Below the pieces are notes generated by a model that saw only the letters and a program-made list of their open reading frames with translations, had not been told where the DNA came from and ran no database searches. Positions 19,862 to 29,186 of a stretch of 64,000 nt of DNA are shown here, piece after piece; the stretch's first letter is position 1, and every line of letters starts with the position of its first letter. The DNA is from an uncultured delta proteobacterium (GTDB taxonomy: Bacteria > Desulfobacterota > Desulfobacteria > Desulfobacterales > B30-G6): contig CAWGLD010000006.1 of NCBI GenBank assembly GCA_963823335.1, positions 34,559-98,558 on the forward strand, in the 5' to 3' direction. Made by a program: the position numbers and the translations under genes.

Positions 19862-20013
19862 GGGAGAAAGGGTTCAAGGTACAGGATTGAAGAATCCAAG
19901 TGCCTGTTTTCAGTTAAATACAAACAAAGCTTATACGATTTTGGAGGCTGCTATCTGCTTTAAGCCGTCAGCCTCCCTCGAACCCTTGTATCACCCTTGA
20001 CCCCTTGAACCCT
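19862..20013. repeat. decayed 'GGGTTCAAGG' cassette repeat (family A, copy 1) in the recA-alaS spacer
   Basis: Its ends and internal blocks (AAAATCGTATAAGCTTTGTTTG, CTTGAACCCTTTCTCCC in rc) match the element at 49853..50135. The block GCCGTCAGCCTCCCTCGAACCCTTG is also shared with 31556..31643 and 55211..55356. Confidence 0.7.
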
Positions 20014-20017
20014 TTAT

Positions 20018-21064
20018 TCATGATTTGTCCTCTTCCCGAGAGTCATTGGTGGTGTTTTTGTTCTTTTCTTTATTGAGACCCATGGACGTTCGAATTGTGT
20101 CCGCCAATGTTCCCATCAATTCCTTGTTATCACCTAAAAATGATTTAACGTTTTCACGGCCCTGGCCGATTCTTTCACCATTGTAGGAATACCAGGAACC
20201 GCTTTTGTCGATAACACCCGTTTCCACACCCAGATCGACAATTTCACCGGTTCTGGAAATTCCTTCACCGTACATGATATCGAATTCAGCATTTTTAAAA
20301 GGGGGTGCCATTTTATTTTTGACTACCTTGACGCGGGTTCTATTGCCGGTAATTTCCTGACCGTCCTTAATAGCGGTACTGCGTCTGATTTCAAGTCGTA
20401 CGGAAGAGTAAAATTTAAGCGCATTTCCGCCGGTGGTGGTTTCAGGGTTGCCGAAGACCACACCGATTTTCATCCGTATCTGGTTGATGAAAATCAGCGA
20501 GGTCATGGTTTTGCTGATGGACCCGGTCAGCTTTCGCAGTGCCTGGGACATGAGTCTTGCCTGAAGGCCCATGTGGGAATCACCCATCTCCCCTTCGATT
20601 TCCGCACGGGGTACCAGGGCTGCCACTGAATCGATGACAATGACGTCGATGGCGCCGCTTCGAATCAGCATGTCCGCAATTTCAAGTGCCTGTTCGCCCG
20701 TGTCCGGTTGTGCCACGAGAAGATCGTCACAGTTTACGTTTAGCTTTCTGGCGTAAGATGTATCCAGTGCGTGTTCGGCGTCGATAAATGCTGCAATCCC
20801 ACCCTGTTTCTGTGCGTTGGCAACCGCATGAAGGGCAAGGGTTGTTTTCCCTGAAGATTCAGGCCCGTACACTTCAATGACACGACCTCTGGGCAGGCCT
20901 CCGATTCCCAGGGCCACGTCAAGAGCAATGGATCCTGTCGAAATTACAGGAACTTCTATAATGGGTTGGCTGCCGAGTTTCATGATGGATCCTTTTCCGA
21001 ACTGGCGTTCTATCTGGAGCATCGCTGAGTCGACGGCTTTTTCCTTATCGAGTGAGATGGTCAT
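20018..21064 (-). CDS. recA: recombinase RecA
   Basis: [12 protein letters not shown] Walker [19 protein letters not shown]. Start set to ATG 21064 ([10 protein letters not shown]...), which has an AGGAGG RBS. The track start at 21103 adds 13 aa. Confidence 0.95.
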   Translation of the reverse strand: MTISLDKEKAVDSAMLQIERQFGKGSIMKLGSQPIIEVPVISTGSIALDVALGIGGLPRGRVIEVYGPESSGKTTLALHAVANAQKQGGIAAFIDAEHALDTSYARKLNVNCDDLLVAQPDTGEQALEIADMLIRSGAIDVIVIDSVAALVPRAEIEGEMGDSHMGLQARLMSQALRKLTGSISKTMTSLIFINQIRMKIGVVFGNPETTTGGNALKFYSSVRLEIRRSTAIKDGQEITGNRTRVKVVKNKMAPPFKNAEFDIMYGEGISRTGEIVDLGVETGVIDKSGSWYSYNGERIGQGRENVKSFLGDNKELMGTLADTIRTSMGLNKEKNKNTTNDSREEDKS

Positions 21065-21117
21065 TTTGTCCTCCTGCTTGGGGCTGTCCATTAAGTGATA
21101 CAAATTGTTCCATGATG

Positions 21118-21146
21118 TTAGAAGCTATCTCAAAAAAAGGGTAACC
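21118..21146. repeat. solo end fragment of the 148-bp MITE
   Basis: TTAGAAGCTATCTCAAAAAAAGGGT matches the first 25 nt of the element at 34915. Confidence 0.6.
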
Positions 21147-21288
21147 TTTCGTGTTCAAATATTCAAGTACGAATCAGCTGATATTTTCCCGTACCAACGT
21201 TGAGCGATTGTCGGGGTTTCCGTTACTATGTGGACATTTCACAATATGTCCGGGTGACGCAATGTTGAACCGCAACAGCGAGCGCATT

Positions 21289-21351
21289 CCCCGTAGGTTC
21301 TGCCGTTCGGCAGAACATTCCTCGCAGCTTGTGCTGCGAGGTTCTTCAAAT
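21289..21351. repeat. family B hairpin repeat (short copy)
   Basis: CCCCGTAGGTTCTGCCGTTCGGCAG...CCTCGCAGCTTGTGCTGCGAGGTTCTTCAAAT shares both ends with 34248..34370. The thpR stop codon lies in its last bases. Confidence 0.7.
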
Positions 21352-21918
21352 GCCGAGAGGTATCCTGTAAAGCTGGGTGTAAACAGGGCCGTTTGGGTGT
21401 AGTTCACTTTTGAAGATTATCAGACGTCTGACTGTAAACGCCTCGCAATCAAACTCTTGCTGGGTCCGCAAGGCAGTCACAAGACTGCCTTGATTGGGGC
21501 GGTTTTTTATACGACCTATGGTCAGATGTCCCCTGTAAGGGCGTTTCTCCGCTGCGAATCCCAAGGGAACCAAAACGTTTACAACAGACTTCTGTACGGA
21601 TCTGAGAACGTCGGTCTTACCTGCTATACCGACCCAGATAATTCGAGGTCTCCTTACGTTCGGAAAAATACCCACGCCCCGTGGAGATAGATCGAATATG
21701 GGGTAGTTTGCTGCAATATCTGACAACACCCTGTTAACAGTCTCGATATCAAGCGGGTCGACATCCCCCAGGAACGATAGGGTTAAATGCGTGTTCCCCG
21801 GTTTCACCCAGCGAATGTCCAATCGGTGGGATGCAAAAGAATGCTGCAATTTCCGGATAGCGTCTTGTATATTTTGCGGCAGCTCGATTGCGACGAATGT
21901 CCTGAATTTCGGTTTCAT
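21346..21918 (-). CDS. thpR: RNA 2',3'-cyclic phosphodiesterase (2H phosphoesterase, LigT/ThpR)
   Basis: 190 aa. Two HxTx motifs (HLTLSFLG and HLTIGRI). Confidence 0.8.
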   Translation of the reverse strand: MKPKFRTFVAIELPQNIQDAIRKLQHSFASHRLDIRWVKPGNTHLTLSFLGDVDPLDIETVNRVLSDIAANYPIFDLSPRGVGIFPNVRRPRIIWVGIAGKTDVLRSVQKSVVNVLVPLGFAAEKRPYRGHLTIGRIKNRPNQGSLVTALRTQQEFDCEAFTVRRLIIFKSELHPNGPVYTQLYRIPLGI

Positions 21919-21927
21919 TAAGCGATG

Positions 21928-23097
21928 CTATTTCCAGGGTAGCGTAAATTGAGGCTCTCCCAACAAGAATTTACCGGCGGATATTCTTTTCTTGAGCAAG
22001 TCGGCTATTTCACGCGCCCTGACCATACTGGAAAGGGGAACGGTGGGAATGCGTTTGCCACCTACCTCGATACCACCGCTTTTAAGTTCCGCATAACTGA
22101 CTTTGCCGTAATTTTTGGCATTTCCCTGGGGATAGTCTTTACCGTAGTCGATGACATGGGTGTATAACTCCTCGTCTGAAATCGATGTGTATTTCGCCAT
22201 CTCTTCATTCAAGATCGGTATGGGGATACCAAGACCCACGGCAAGGGAGCATCCATATCCCTGAATACTGACACCCACGAGCCATTTGGGCTGCATTTTT
22301 TTAAGATCTCCCATTACAAACAAGGTGCCGGCAGGTGTCAGCGGGGCACCCTTTGGTGTTCGCTTGGCAGACGGTTTGTGCTGGGTTCCGTTCCAGGTGA
22401 CAAACCCCTCTGTTCCCCCTAAAAAAATGCGTGTTCCCAGTCCAATGGTTTTATAATAGGGATCGTTGAACAGAGGGCTCAACTGGCCGGCAGAACAGTA
22501 ATTGGCATTCCCCATGCGTGGCTTGAGTGCGCCCATGTAGGTATAGACTGTTTTCTTGGTGGTATTAATGGCGCAATTGTAGTTTTGATATGCATTTCTG
22601 GGGTTACACAGCATGGCGTTCGGCAGGGTCTTGAGCGAAATTTTCTTTTCGATCTGTTTGTTTGGATAACAGTCAGTGCCATAGGCGGATGCCCTGAGAT
22701 GAACCGTTTTACCCGCCACCAGATCGTGAATGACATGCCCACCCCCGTAGTTGAATTCTCCAGGGTAGACCTTGTTTAAGGGGTCGTCTTCACATGGTTC
22801 CGTCGCACCGATGTAGCAGTCCACCGCTGCGATGCCGGCATAGGCGGACACGTTGTTGAGCCATACTTTTGAGGCCTTGATCCCGGGAGAGGAGTGGCCG
22901 AAATTGATAAAGGCGCCCGAGGAGCACATGGGGGCAAAAGTCCCGGTTGTTACCACATCCACATGACTTGCAGCTTCAACAGGTCCCTCTTCCTTGACCA
23001 GACCGATCATCTCTTCGGCGGTTACCACAACAGCCTCTCCTGCCCGTATCTTATCATTGATCTGTTGGTATGTTTTGTTTATGGTAAATTTCTTCAT
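21928..23097 (-). CDS. DUF39/COG1900 homocysteine biosynthesis protein
   Basis: 389 aa. VVTAEE, DVVTTGTF.PMCSSGAF.NFGH and AAVD.YIGATE are typical of the COG1900 family. Confidence 0.7.
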   Translation of the reverse strand: MKKFTINKTYQQINDKIRAGEAVVVTAEEMIGLVKEEGPVEAASHVDVVTTGTFAPMCSSGAFINFGHSSPGIKASKVWLNNVSAYAGIAAVDCYIGATEPCEDDPLNKVYPGEFNYGGGHVIHDLVAGKTVHLRASAYGTDCYPNKQIEKKISLKTLPNAMLCNPRNAYQNYNCAINTTKKTVYTYMGALKPRMGNANYCSAGQLSPLFNDPYYKTIGLGTRIFLGGTEGFVTWNGTQHKPSAKRTPKGAPLTPAGTLFVMGDLKKMQPKWLVGVSIQGYGCSLAVGLGIPIPILNEEMAKYTSISDEELYTHVIDYGKDYPQGNAKNYGKVSYAELKSGGIEVGGKRIPTVPLSSMVRAREIADLLKKRISAGKFLLGEPQFTLPWK

Positions 23098-24602
23098 GAC
23101 CCTTCTCCCAACCGTTCGATTTTATTTGTAATGTTATTTTGGATCCATGAAGCGTCCCACCATTCAAGTGGATCGACAAACGTGCCGCTTATCAGGACGC
23201 TGTAATGTAGATGATCCCCTCCGGCAAGACCTGATTTTCCGGTGTTGCCGATGATGTCTCCCTTTTTAACCATTTGCCCGACAGGAACGTTGAAACCGCT
23301 GAGATGGGCATACATGCTAAAAAGTCCATAACCATGGTCGATGACAATAAGGCGTCCGTATATACCCAGGGTTTCGGCAAAAATAACCTTGCCGGAGTTC
23401 GCAGCCGGCACCGGTGACATGGCCAGCGAGGCAAGATCGATCCCTAAATGCGTCTGTTTATCAACGGTTTTGCCTTGGTACTGATATGTGCGCCGATCCC
23501 CAAAACCCGATCTTGTAGCCGATTTCGGAAGCCGCAGAAAGGTACCGTCCCAGTACATCACAGGATCGCTTTGCTGCATCAAAGTGTTGAGGACCACTTT
23601 GTTCTGGGCGCGTATCTCCCTGTTGATAAATAAAAATTTATCAGCAGGAGATTCCAGACTGTTACCCGCCAGGGTCTTTTCGAACTCAGGCAGTTTCTCC
23701 AGAATAAACCTGTCGCTTACTTGTATGGTATCCTTTTTAAATCTTTTGGTTTTTATATAGTGGGGAAACCCTGTTTTTGTTTGATTGCCGGCACGATCTT
23801 TGGCCAGGAGATATATGTCGGTTCCTTGATGCTGCTGGTCATTCAGCGCGAAAAATGCGATCCGAACATCATCCTTTCCTCCCAGATCAGGATACCCCGG
23901 ATAAAAAGTGTCCGCCACCTGGACGCCGCTGATATCGCAGGGTTCAGACAATGCATACGCAACCGCGTTGCTGCCACCAGGGCTGATATTGTGAGAGCGG
24001 GTCAACACCGAGGTAATGGGGGCTTCTGTATCGATAATAATTTCCTTTTCAGAATAAGCCCGATTTCCTTTTCCCCATGATCTCCAGGAATAATCCACCG
24101 CCATCATGCGAAGCATGGCTTTGCCATCCTTCACGTCAGTCTTTTGAGGCTCTATCTTGATACGGATGGATTCGGATTTTGTGGTGCCTTTGCGCAGGAT
24201 TCCTGAAGCCGGGAAGTGTTTTTCCAGAAGTGTCGTTTCCTTGTCGTCCTGCAGAATGGCAACCCAGAATCGTTTCAGTCCGCTTTTCTGATCTTCAAGG
24301 TTGATTTCCAGCCATTTTTCCTTGCCAATGAACTCGGAGGAGAGTTCAAGTTCTAGGCTGGGTTGCTGGTTTTCCATGCGTATAGCAAGTATTGTCAACA
24401 ATGGCAGGAAAATCAGGACGCAAATGATGATCAGCAGCTTGGTACTCAGTGTTTTATTTTTATCTTTCAATAGGTTAAAGGCTCCTTTCATGTGGAATAT
24501 ATCGCCGGAACAATACCAGCTAAATCGCGGCTTATCAAGGGCTCTTTTTCGTTTCTTGACTTTTAGCAGCATGCGCGATAGATATGTTCCATGCGATACC
24601 AA
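23094..24602 (-). CDS. M23 family peptidoglycan metalloendopeptidase
   Basis: C-terminal LytM domain HLGIDLA....GYGLFSMYAHLS....GNTGKSGLAGGDHLHYSV. The start may be the internal ATG at 24491 (MKGAF..., followed by a TM helix). Confidence 0.8.
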   Translation of the reverse strand: MVSHGTYLSRMLLKVKKRKRALDKPRFSWYCSGDIFHMKGAFNLLKDKNKTLSTKLLIIICVLIFLPLLTILAIRMENQQPSLELELSSEFIGKEKWLEINLEDQKSGLKRFWVAILQDDKETTLLEKHFPASGILRKGTTKSESIRIKIEPQKTDVKDGKAMLRMMAVDYSWRSWGKGNRAYSEKEIIIDTEAPITSVLTRSHNISPGGSNAVAYALSEPCDISGVQVADTFYPGYPDLGGKDDVRIAFFALNDQQHQGTDIYLLAKDRAGNQTKTGFPHYIKTKRFKKDTIQVSDRFILEKLPEFEKTLAGNSLESPADKFLFINREIRAQNKVVLNTLMQQSDPVMYWDGTFLRLPKSATRSGFGDRRTYQYQGKTVDKQTHLGIDLASLAMSPVPAANSGKVIFAETLGIYGRLIVIDHGYGLFSMYAHLSGFNVPVGQMVKKGDIIGNTGKSGLAGGDHLHYSVLISGTFVDPLEWWDASWIQNNITNKIERLGEGS

Positions 24603-24633
24603 GCTGCCATTAACCTCTATCAGTACAAGCTAT

Positions 24634-24759
24634 ATGGATATGAGCATCTCTGATATTATTTCCGACAAAGCATCTCCCCTTCTGCTCATTTCAGGACCTT
24701 GCGTGGTCGATGACGTTTTAACCGATGGCGAATTTCTGTGGAGATTTCGTTGGCGCTAA
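24634..24759 (+). pseudogene. possible N-terminal remnant of a KdsA/DAHP-synthase-family gene
   Basis: MDMSISDIISDKASPLLLISGPCVVDD resembles the conserved N-terminus (P.vLIAGPCviE) of KDO-8-P synthase. The frame then decays and stops at 24759, overlapping the lptC start. Confidence 0.35.
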
Positions 24760-25334
24760 GATATACGCAACACCGTGGCTTTAAGTTAAGTTTATTGATC
24801 ACCACACTGCTTGTTTTTGGGGTTGTATTAACCGTTTTTATCGGGTATCGAACGGTTTCCAATCCACGGGAATTATTATTGTCTTCCCTGGTTCATGATG
24901 ATGCCACAATCGCCATCGACAGGGTTCATCAGACATCGACGAAGAATGGTGTCAAGGAATGGCGTCTCGATGCAACGTCTGCTCGGTTTATCGAAAAAGA
25001 CAGGCAGGCGGTTTTTGACGAGCTGACCATGACATTTTTCATGGAAAACGACAAGTTGGTAAAATTATCTGCCCACAAAGGCTATCTGAATACTGACACC
25101 AGGGATATGCATGTCGACGGTGATGTCATTGCCGACGACGGTGAACTAAAGATCCTGACGGAAACCCTTAACTATGAATACGGGCCACGTGTTCTTGTGG
25201 CTACAAAACCTGTGCAGATCCTTGGCAGTGCATTTCGTTTGAATGCCGATTCCGCTTCATACGATTTGTCATCACAGAAAACGACCTTTAAAGGAAACGT
25301 AGAGGGAACTATTTTTGACAAAATTGATTTATGA
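24738..25334 (+). CDS. lptC: LPS export protein LptC
   Basis: 198 aa. GTG start, single N-terminal TM helix, OstA-like beta-jellyroll repeats. Sits immediately upstream of lptA-lptB. Confidence 0.6.
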   Translation: MEISLALRYTQHRGFKLSLLITTLLVFGVVLTVFIGYRTVSNPRELLLSSLVHDDATIAIDRVHQTSTKNGVKEWRLDATSARFIEKDRQAVFDELTMTFFMENDKLVKLSAHKGYLNTDTRDMHVDGDVIADDGELKILTETLNYEYGPRVLVATKPVQILGSAFRLNADSASYDLSSQKTTFKGNVEGTIFDKIDL

Positions 25335-25902
25335 CCGCCCTGCCCTGTTTTTCTTCTATTTTGCAGGCACCCTTGTTTTAATGGTGCTATGCGTTTTGGT
25401 GTTTTCTGCGCTCGCTCAAGATACCCCTGCCGGAAATCCTTTGTCTGGCGTGGAAAACCCCATTCACATTACAGCTGACAGTTTGATTACGGATCCCCAG
25501 AATAAATCTGCCGAGTTTATCGGGCATGTTTTGGCAACCCAGGGCGACACGACAATCACAGCCGACAAGCTCAAGGTTTATTATAAAGGAGGGATCCAAT
25601 CAGGGGCTGCCTCCGGTATGGGGACCATCGTTCGTATCATTGCCCAGGGAACGGTCAAAATCGTCCTTGAAGACAAGATCGCCCATACCGAACACGCTGA
25701 ATATATTGCCGACAAGAGTCTTGTGGTCCTCACCGGGCCAAACTCGAGAATCATCGATGGAAACAACTCTATTTCCGGGCAGAAGATCACACTCTACAGG
25801 GATGATCGACGAATACATGTGGCGGGAACACAGAAGGAACCGGTGGAAGCTTTTTTTTATTCGGATGAAAACATTTTGGGCACCCCAGAAAAGAAAAATT
25901 GA
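25315..25902 (+). CDS. lptA: LPS transport periplasmic protein LptA (OstA-like)
   Basis: 195 aa. Signal peptide ...VFSALAQD, then IHITADSL..D......F.G.V....GD..I.ADKL.VYY. TTG start assumed. Confidence 0.7.
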   Translation: MTKLIYDRPALFFFYFAGTLVLMVLCVLVFSALAQDTPAGNPLSGVENPIHITADSLITDPQNKSAEFIGHVLATQGDTTITADKLKVYYKGGIQSGAASGMGTIVRIIAQGTVKIVLEDKIAHTEHAEYIADKSLVVLTGPNSRIIDGNNSISGQKITLYRDDRRIHVAGTQKEPVEAFFYSDENILGTPEKKN

Positions 25903-26624
25903 TGACGACGTTAGCGGTTGAAAACCTGGTTAAAGCATATCGTGGTAGAAAAGTCGTCAACGCCATCAGCTTGTATGTCCAAAGCGGTGAGGTCGTCGGC
26001 CTGCTGGGTCCGAATGGTGCCGGAAAGACAACGACGTTTTACATGACTGTCGGGATTGTAAAACCGGATGGGGGCAAGGTGCTTCTTGACCAGAACGACA
26101 TTACCCGAATGCCCATGTATCAAAGAGCCAGAAGAGGTGTGGGTTACCTTCCCCAGGAAGCATCCATCTTCAGAAAGCTGACGGTCAGGCAGAATGTCAT
26201 GGCAATTCTTGAAACCCTTTCGATTTCAAAGGAAATACAAAAGGAACGTGCATCGGTTCTGTTGACAGAACTGGGTATCGATCACCTTTCGAATCAGAGA
26301 GCCAGTGTTCTGTCAGGTGGGGAAAGAAGGCGGCTTGAAATTGCGCGTTCCCTCGTCACCGATCCGTCTTTCATCCTACTGGATGAGCCGTTTGCTGGCA
26401 TCGATCCCTTGGCGGTGATCGACATAAAAAAAATCATAAGCCATCTCAGAAAAAGAAATATCGGCATTTTGATATCGGATCATAACGTGCGTGAGACCCT
26501 TGAGGTTTGTGATAAAGCGTATATAGTTAACAATGGTGAGGTGATCGAGTCTGGCCCTCCTGACCACATCGCTAGCAGCGAGCTTGCCCGGCGTATATAT
26601 CTTGGGGATGAATTCAAACTTTAG
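25902..26624 (+). CDS. lptB: LPS export ABC transporter ATP-binding protein LptB
   Basis: GLLGPNGAGKTTTF, LSGGERRRLEIARSL, ILLDEPFAGIDP. Confidence 0.9.
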   Translation: MTTLAVENLVKAYRGRKVVNAISLYVQSGEVVGLLGPNGAGKTTTFYMTVGIVKPDGGKVLLDQNDITRMPMYQRARRGVGYLPQEASIFRKLTVRQNVMAILETLSISKEIQKERASVLLTELGIDHLSNQRASVLSGGERRRLEIARSLVTDPSFILLDEPFAGIDPLAVIDIKKIISHLRKRNIGILISDHNVRETLEVCDKAYIVNNGEVIESGPPDHIASSELARRIYLGDEFKL

Positions 26625-26668
26625 AATGATAAAATGGCGTTTCACAAAATTCATGGAATGAATTGAAT

Positions 26669-28105
26669 ATGGCAATTGAACTCCGACAACAGCTAAAACT
26701 GACCCAGCAACTTATCATGACCCCACAGTTGCAGATGGCCATAAAGCTTCTCCAGCTTTCGAGGTTGGAGCTCGTCGAAAAGATTCAGCAGGAGCTTGAG
26801 GAAAATCCTGCGCTTGATGAGGTACAGGAAACACTATCCCCGGAACTCGCCGGCGAAAAGACTGAGACAGACCCTGGGGTGTCCGAACAGACCAAGGAAG
26901 TAACCTTTGAAGAGAAAATGAATGAAGATATCGACTGGAGGAATTATATAGAGGAATATAATTCTCCTGGCAGAATGCCGGTCGAATCTGAAGGAAGGGA
27001 AACACCTCAGTTCGATTCGTTTATATCAAAGAAAGAGTCCTTGAGCGATCATTTGCTCTGGCAGTTCCTGATGACATCTCCGGATTCAAGCGCTGAGAAG
27101 ATTGGCAGTCTTGTCATCGGGAATCTGAACAGAGATGGGTACCTGGATGTATCCCTGGATGAAATTGTAGAAACGAGCGGAACATCCCGCGAGGAGGTGG
27201 AGCGGGTCCTGGCCGTGTTGCAGACTTTTAATCCGATTGGTGTCTGCGCCAGGAATCTCAGCGAATGTTTGCTGATCCAACTCAAACATCTGGGTCTTGG
27301 CGACAACAGTATTTTGACTGAAATTGTCAAAAATCACCTACATCATCTGGAAAATAAAAATTATCGGGCAATCTGCAAAACGCTGAAAGTTCGGTTGGAT
27401 AATGTGATTGCAGCCGTTAATGTTATCAAGGGTTTAGAACCGAAACCAGGACGCGAATTCAGCGAATCCGATGTTCAATACATTACACCCGATATTTATG
27501 TCTACAAATCAGAAAACGATTTTGTGATTGTTCTCAATGATGACGGTCTTCCAAAACTCCAGGTGAATTCATATTATAAAAAGGCCATGGTGCGGGGAGA
27601 CAAAATCTCCGCCGAGACCAAGGAATATCTTCAGGACAAACTGCGTTCCGCTGCATGGCTTATCCGCAGTATTCATCAGCGGCAGAAAACGATCTTCAAG
27701 GTCATGGAGAGTATTCTGAAATTTCAGCGGTCCTTTTTCGAAAACGGTATCACCCATCTGAAACCGATGGTTCTTCGCGATGTTGCCGAGGATATCGAGA
27801 TGCACGAATCGACCATCAGCCGTGTCACGACGAACAAATATGCCTATACGCCCCAGGGCATATTTGAATTGAAGTACTTTTTCAACAGTTCTATTAAGAG
27901 AATCCACGGGGACGCCATTGCCTCGGCGAGCGTGCAGGATAAAATAAAAAAGATCATTGAAAGCGAGAACCCTAAAAAACCATTCAGTGACAGTAAAATG
28001 GCAGATATGCTGAAGGATCAAAACGTCGATATCGCCCGCAGGACGGTTGCAAAATACCGTGAGCTTCTGGGGGTGTTATCATCAAATAAACGCAAACAAT
28101 TCTAA
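26669..28105 (+). CDS. rpoN: RNA polymerase sigma-54 factor
   Basis: N-terminal LKLTQQLIMTPQLQMAIKLLQLS. C-terminal RpoN box ARRTVAKYRE. Confidence 0.95.
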   Translation: MAIELRQQLKLTQQLIMTPQLQMAIKLLQLSRLELVEKIQQELEENPALDEVQETLSPELAGEKTETDPGVSEQTKEVTFEEKMNEDIDWRNYIEEYNSPGRMPVESEGRETPQFDSFISKKESLSDHLLWQFLMTSPDSSAEKIGSLVIGNLNRDGYLDVSLDEIVETSGTSREEVERVLAVLQTFNPIGVCARNLSECLLIQLKHLGLGDNSILTEIVKNHLHHLENKNYRAICKTLKVRLDNVIAAVNVIKGLEPKPGREFSESDVQYITPDIYVYKSENDFVIVLNDDGLPKLQVNSYYKKAMVRGDKISAETKEYLQDKLRSAAWLIRSIHQRQKTIFKVMESILKFQRSFFENGITHLKPMVLRDVAEDIEMHESTISRVTTNKYAYTPQGIFELKYFFNSSIKRIHGDAIASASVQDKIKKIIESENPKKPFSDSKMADMLKDQNVDIARRTVAKYRELLGVLSSNKRKQF

Positions 28106-28116
28106 GGAGATTTCAT

Positions 28117-28650
28117 ATGCACACATCTGTTACCTTCAAGAACATTGATTCCTCCGAAAACTTGAGAACCTATGTTTCCGATAAACTCGATCGATTTGAC
28201 AAGTATCTCTACAACCCTGCCGAAGCCAGTGTCGTCCTGTCGGTGGAAAAATTCAGGCATATTGCAGAAATTAACATCAAAGGAGACAGACTGAATATCA
28301 ACGGCAAGGAAGAGACCGAAGATATGTATGCCGCCATCGATATGGTTCTGGACAAGCTTGAAAAACAGATCAAGAAGAATAAAGAGAAATTGAGCGACAA
28401 AAGATCCGGATCCAAACATAGAGGGAAGGCTGCGATCTCAGCGGATTCCTTCCAGGGTGAAGATGATTTCGAAAAGCAGGTTAAAATCCACCATATTGAA
28501 TACAAACCCATGGATGTTGACGAAGCTGTCATGCAAATGGAGCTGGTTGACGACAACTTTCTTGTTTTTACCAATGCAAGGGATAGTCAGATCAATGTCC
28601 TGTATCGGCGCAAGGATGGTCATTACGGGCTTATTCAGCCCAACAACTGA
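28117..28650 (+). CDS. hpf: ribosome hibernation promoting factor (long HPF)
   Basis: 177 aa. The N-terminal S30AE domain starts MHTSVTFKNIDSSENLRTYV. C-terminal dimerisation domain with PMDVDEAVMQMEL..DNFLVF. Confidence 0.9.
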   Translation: MHTSVTFKNIDSSENLRTYVSDKLDRFDKYLYNPAEASVVLSVEKFRHIAEINIKGDRLNINGKEETEDMYAAIDMVLDKLEKQIKKNKEKLSDKRSGSKHRGKAAISADSFQGEDDFEKQVKIHHIEYKPMDVDEAVMQMELVDDNFLVFTNARDSQINVLYRRKDGHYGLIQPNN

Positions 28651-28727
28651 AGTGGAAACCTGCTTCCAAGGAATACGACGCTCATGGCACACTGTCCACG
28701 GGCAAATCAGGTAATTGCGAGTAAAAA

Positions 28728-29186
28728 ATGAGAATTCTCGAAGCACTTAACAAGAATGCCATTATCGACGATTTAAAGGCAAAAGATAAAAAAGGCATTC
28801 TGGAAGAACTTGTCTTCCCTCTCGTCGAGACAACAGGGATAGATCAAGACGCCCTGGTAAAAGTACTTATCGAAAGAGAACGACTCGGGAGTACGGGTAT
28901 CGGAGGCGGCGTCGGTATTCCCCATGGCAAGCTGGCTGAGCTGAAAACGATCGTCCTGGGATTTGGTGTCAGCAGAAGTGGTGTCGATTTCGAATCCATG
29001 GATGGGAAACCGACCCACCTATTCTTTCTGTTACTGACGCCTGAAAATTCAACCGGACTTCATTTGAAATTGCTGGCAAGAATCTCCAGACTGTTGAAAA
29101 AAGGACCATTTAGGGAAAGACTCCTCCTGGCGCTTGACAGGGATGAAATCTATCATGCCATCAGGGAGGAGGATGAAGATTTCTAA
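28728..29186 (+). CDS. ptsN: PTS-Ntr EIIA (PtsN)
   Basis: 152 aa. RE.LGSTGIGGGVGIPHGK with the phosphorylatable His. Confidence 0.85.
   Translation: MRILEALNKNAIIDDLKAKDKKGILEELVFPLVETTGIDQDALVKVLIERERLGSTGIGGGVGIPHGKLAELKTIVLGFGVSRSGVDFESMDGKPTHLFFLLLTPENSTGLHLKLLARISRLLKKGPFRERLLLALDRDEIYHAIREEDEDF

Noticed and set aside
21104-21345. LexA/SOS box upstream of recA
   Set aside because: I could not find a convincing match to the deltaproteobacterial LexA motifs I know (GGTT-N2-C-N4-G-N3-ACC or CTRHAMRYBYGTTCAGS types). The region is dominated by repeat fragments.
29134-29172. Track start of rapZ at 29134, and similar upstream-extended starts for recA (21103), korA-like (8190), ald (40952), etfB (48959), dctM (62620), Ddl-like (47785) and MttB-family 2 (52715)
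   Set aside because: Downstream ATG/GTG codons have proper RBS spacing, remove long overlaps with the preceding gene, and match the usual N-termini of the families.
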